Source: the human T2T-CHM13v2.0 reference genome, Homo sapiens. Taken from it: a stretch of DNA of 64,000 nucleotides. Every line of letters begins with the position of its first letter. The stretch's first letter is position 1. The stretch is taken from the NCBI RefSeq assembly GCF_009914755.1, contig NC_060926.1; one strand, 5' to 3'. This document shows positions 63,401-64,000 of the stretch, in pieces. The notes below the pieces were generated by a model. It worked only from the letters and a program-made list of their open reading frames with translations. It was not told where the DNA came from and searched no databases. The position numbers were made by a program, and so were the translations under genes.

Positions 63401-64000
63401 GAAGCTGGTCAAGAGCTGCAGGAAAGCATTTCCAGGAAGACAGAATGAAGGGCAGGAACAAAGGACCAGCATCCCTAGAACCTGCATGTTTTTAGGAGTC
63501 ACCAACCCACTGAGCTGACTTGATAGGTTGGAACCCAGAAAATCTCATAAAGCTGTGACTGAACAGAAGAGAAAGGATCAAATTGACTTGAGCAGCAGCA
63601 AGCAAAGGCTGTTGAAGCTCTGTAATCTGAACTAGAGTTTCCCAGCACAAACATCTGCTGTCTCAGATTCAACAGAATAGAAAAGGAGGAATGGCTTTAT
63701 CATAGATAGCTCTTCAGCATGTGAGACTATTTAGCTGGCCCTGAAAAAAATTAAAAAAAAAGATGAGCAACAGACTAAGAGGTAGCAACAAGATGTCCTC
63801 ACAGCATGCATGGACCTTAGCACTGACCCCATATCTTGAGGACAGTGGATCTCTCATATGGCTTGTTCAAATTAGGGACTATTCATAAAGGTGTGAATAT
63901 ATATAAGGAATTTATAGTGTAGGGACTATAGCACAGAGATACTAACAGAGTGGGAAAAAGGCACATGTTCAGAAGCTGTGCCTCTGGAGATCTGTGGCCC

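Overview
Primate (almost certainly human or great ape) genomic DNA from inside a contactin-associated protein-like gene on the + strand. The translation best matches my recollection of CNTNAP5. Two coding exons (8744-8850, EGF-like domain; 55299-55418, start of the fibrinogen-like domain) splice together in frame across a 46.4-kb phase-1 intron. The rest is intronic and repeat-rich: about 16 Alus, a full-length but dead antisense L1PA2-type element, MER57, MER41B, THE1 and MST/MLT LTRs, Tigger1, L2/MIR/MER5 relics and microsatellites. The most interesting observation concerns the antisense L1. It keeps an intact 71-aa ORF0 pointing in the host-gene direction, and its first splice donor is in the same phase as the next host exon, which predicts an in-frame ORF0-CNTNAP5 fusion. 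Other notable items are a complex fold-back inverted duplication (~110-bp stem) beside the L1, a ~380-bp dispersed local duplication, a three-layer MLT1>Tigger1>MER41B nest with an intact GAS motif, and several template-switch scars. Subfamily names and consensus comparisons come from memory, not from database searches. No prokaryote-type system (CRISPR, operon) is present.
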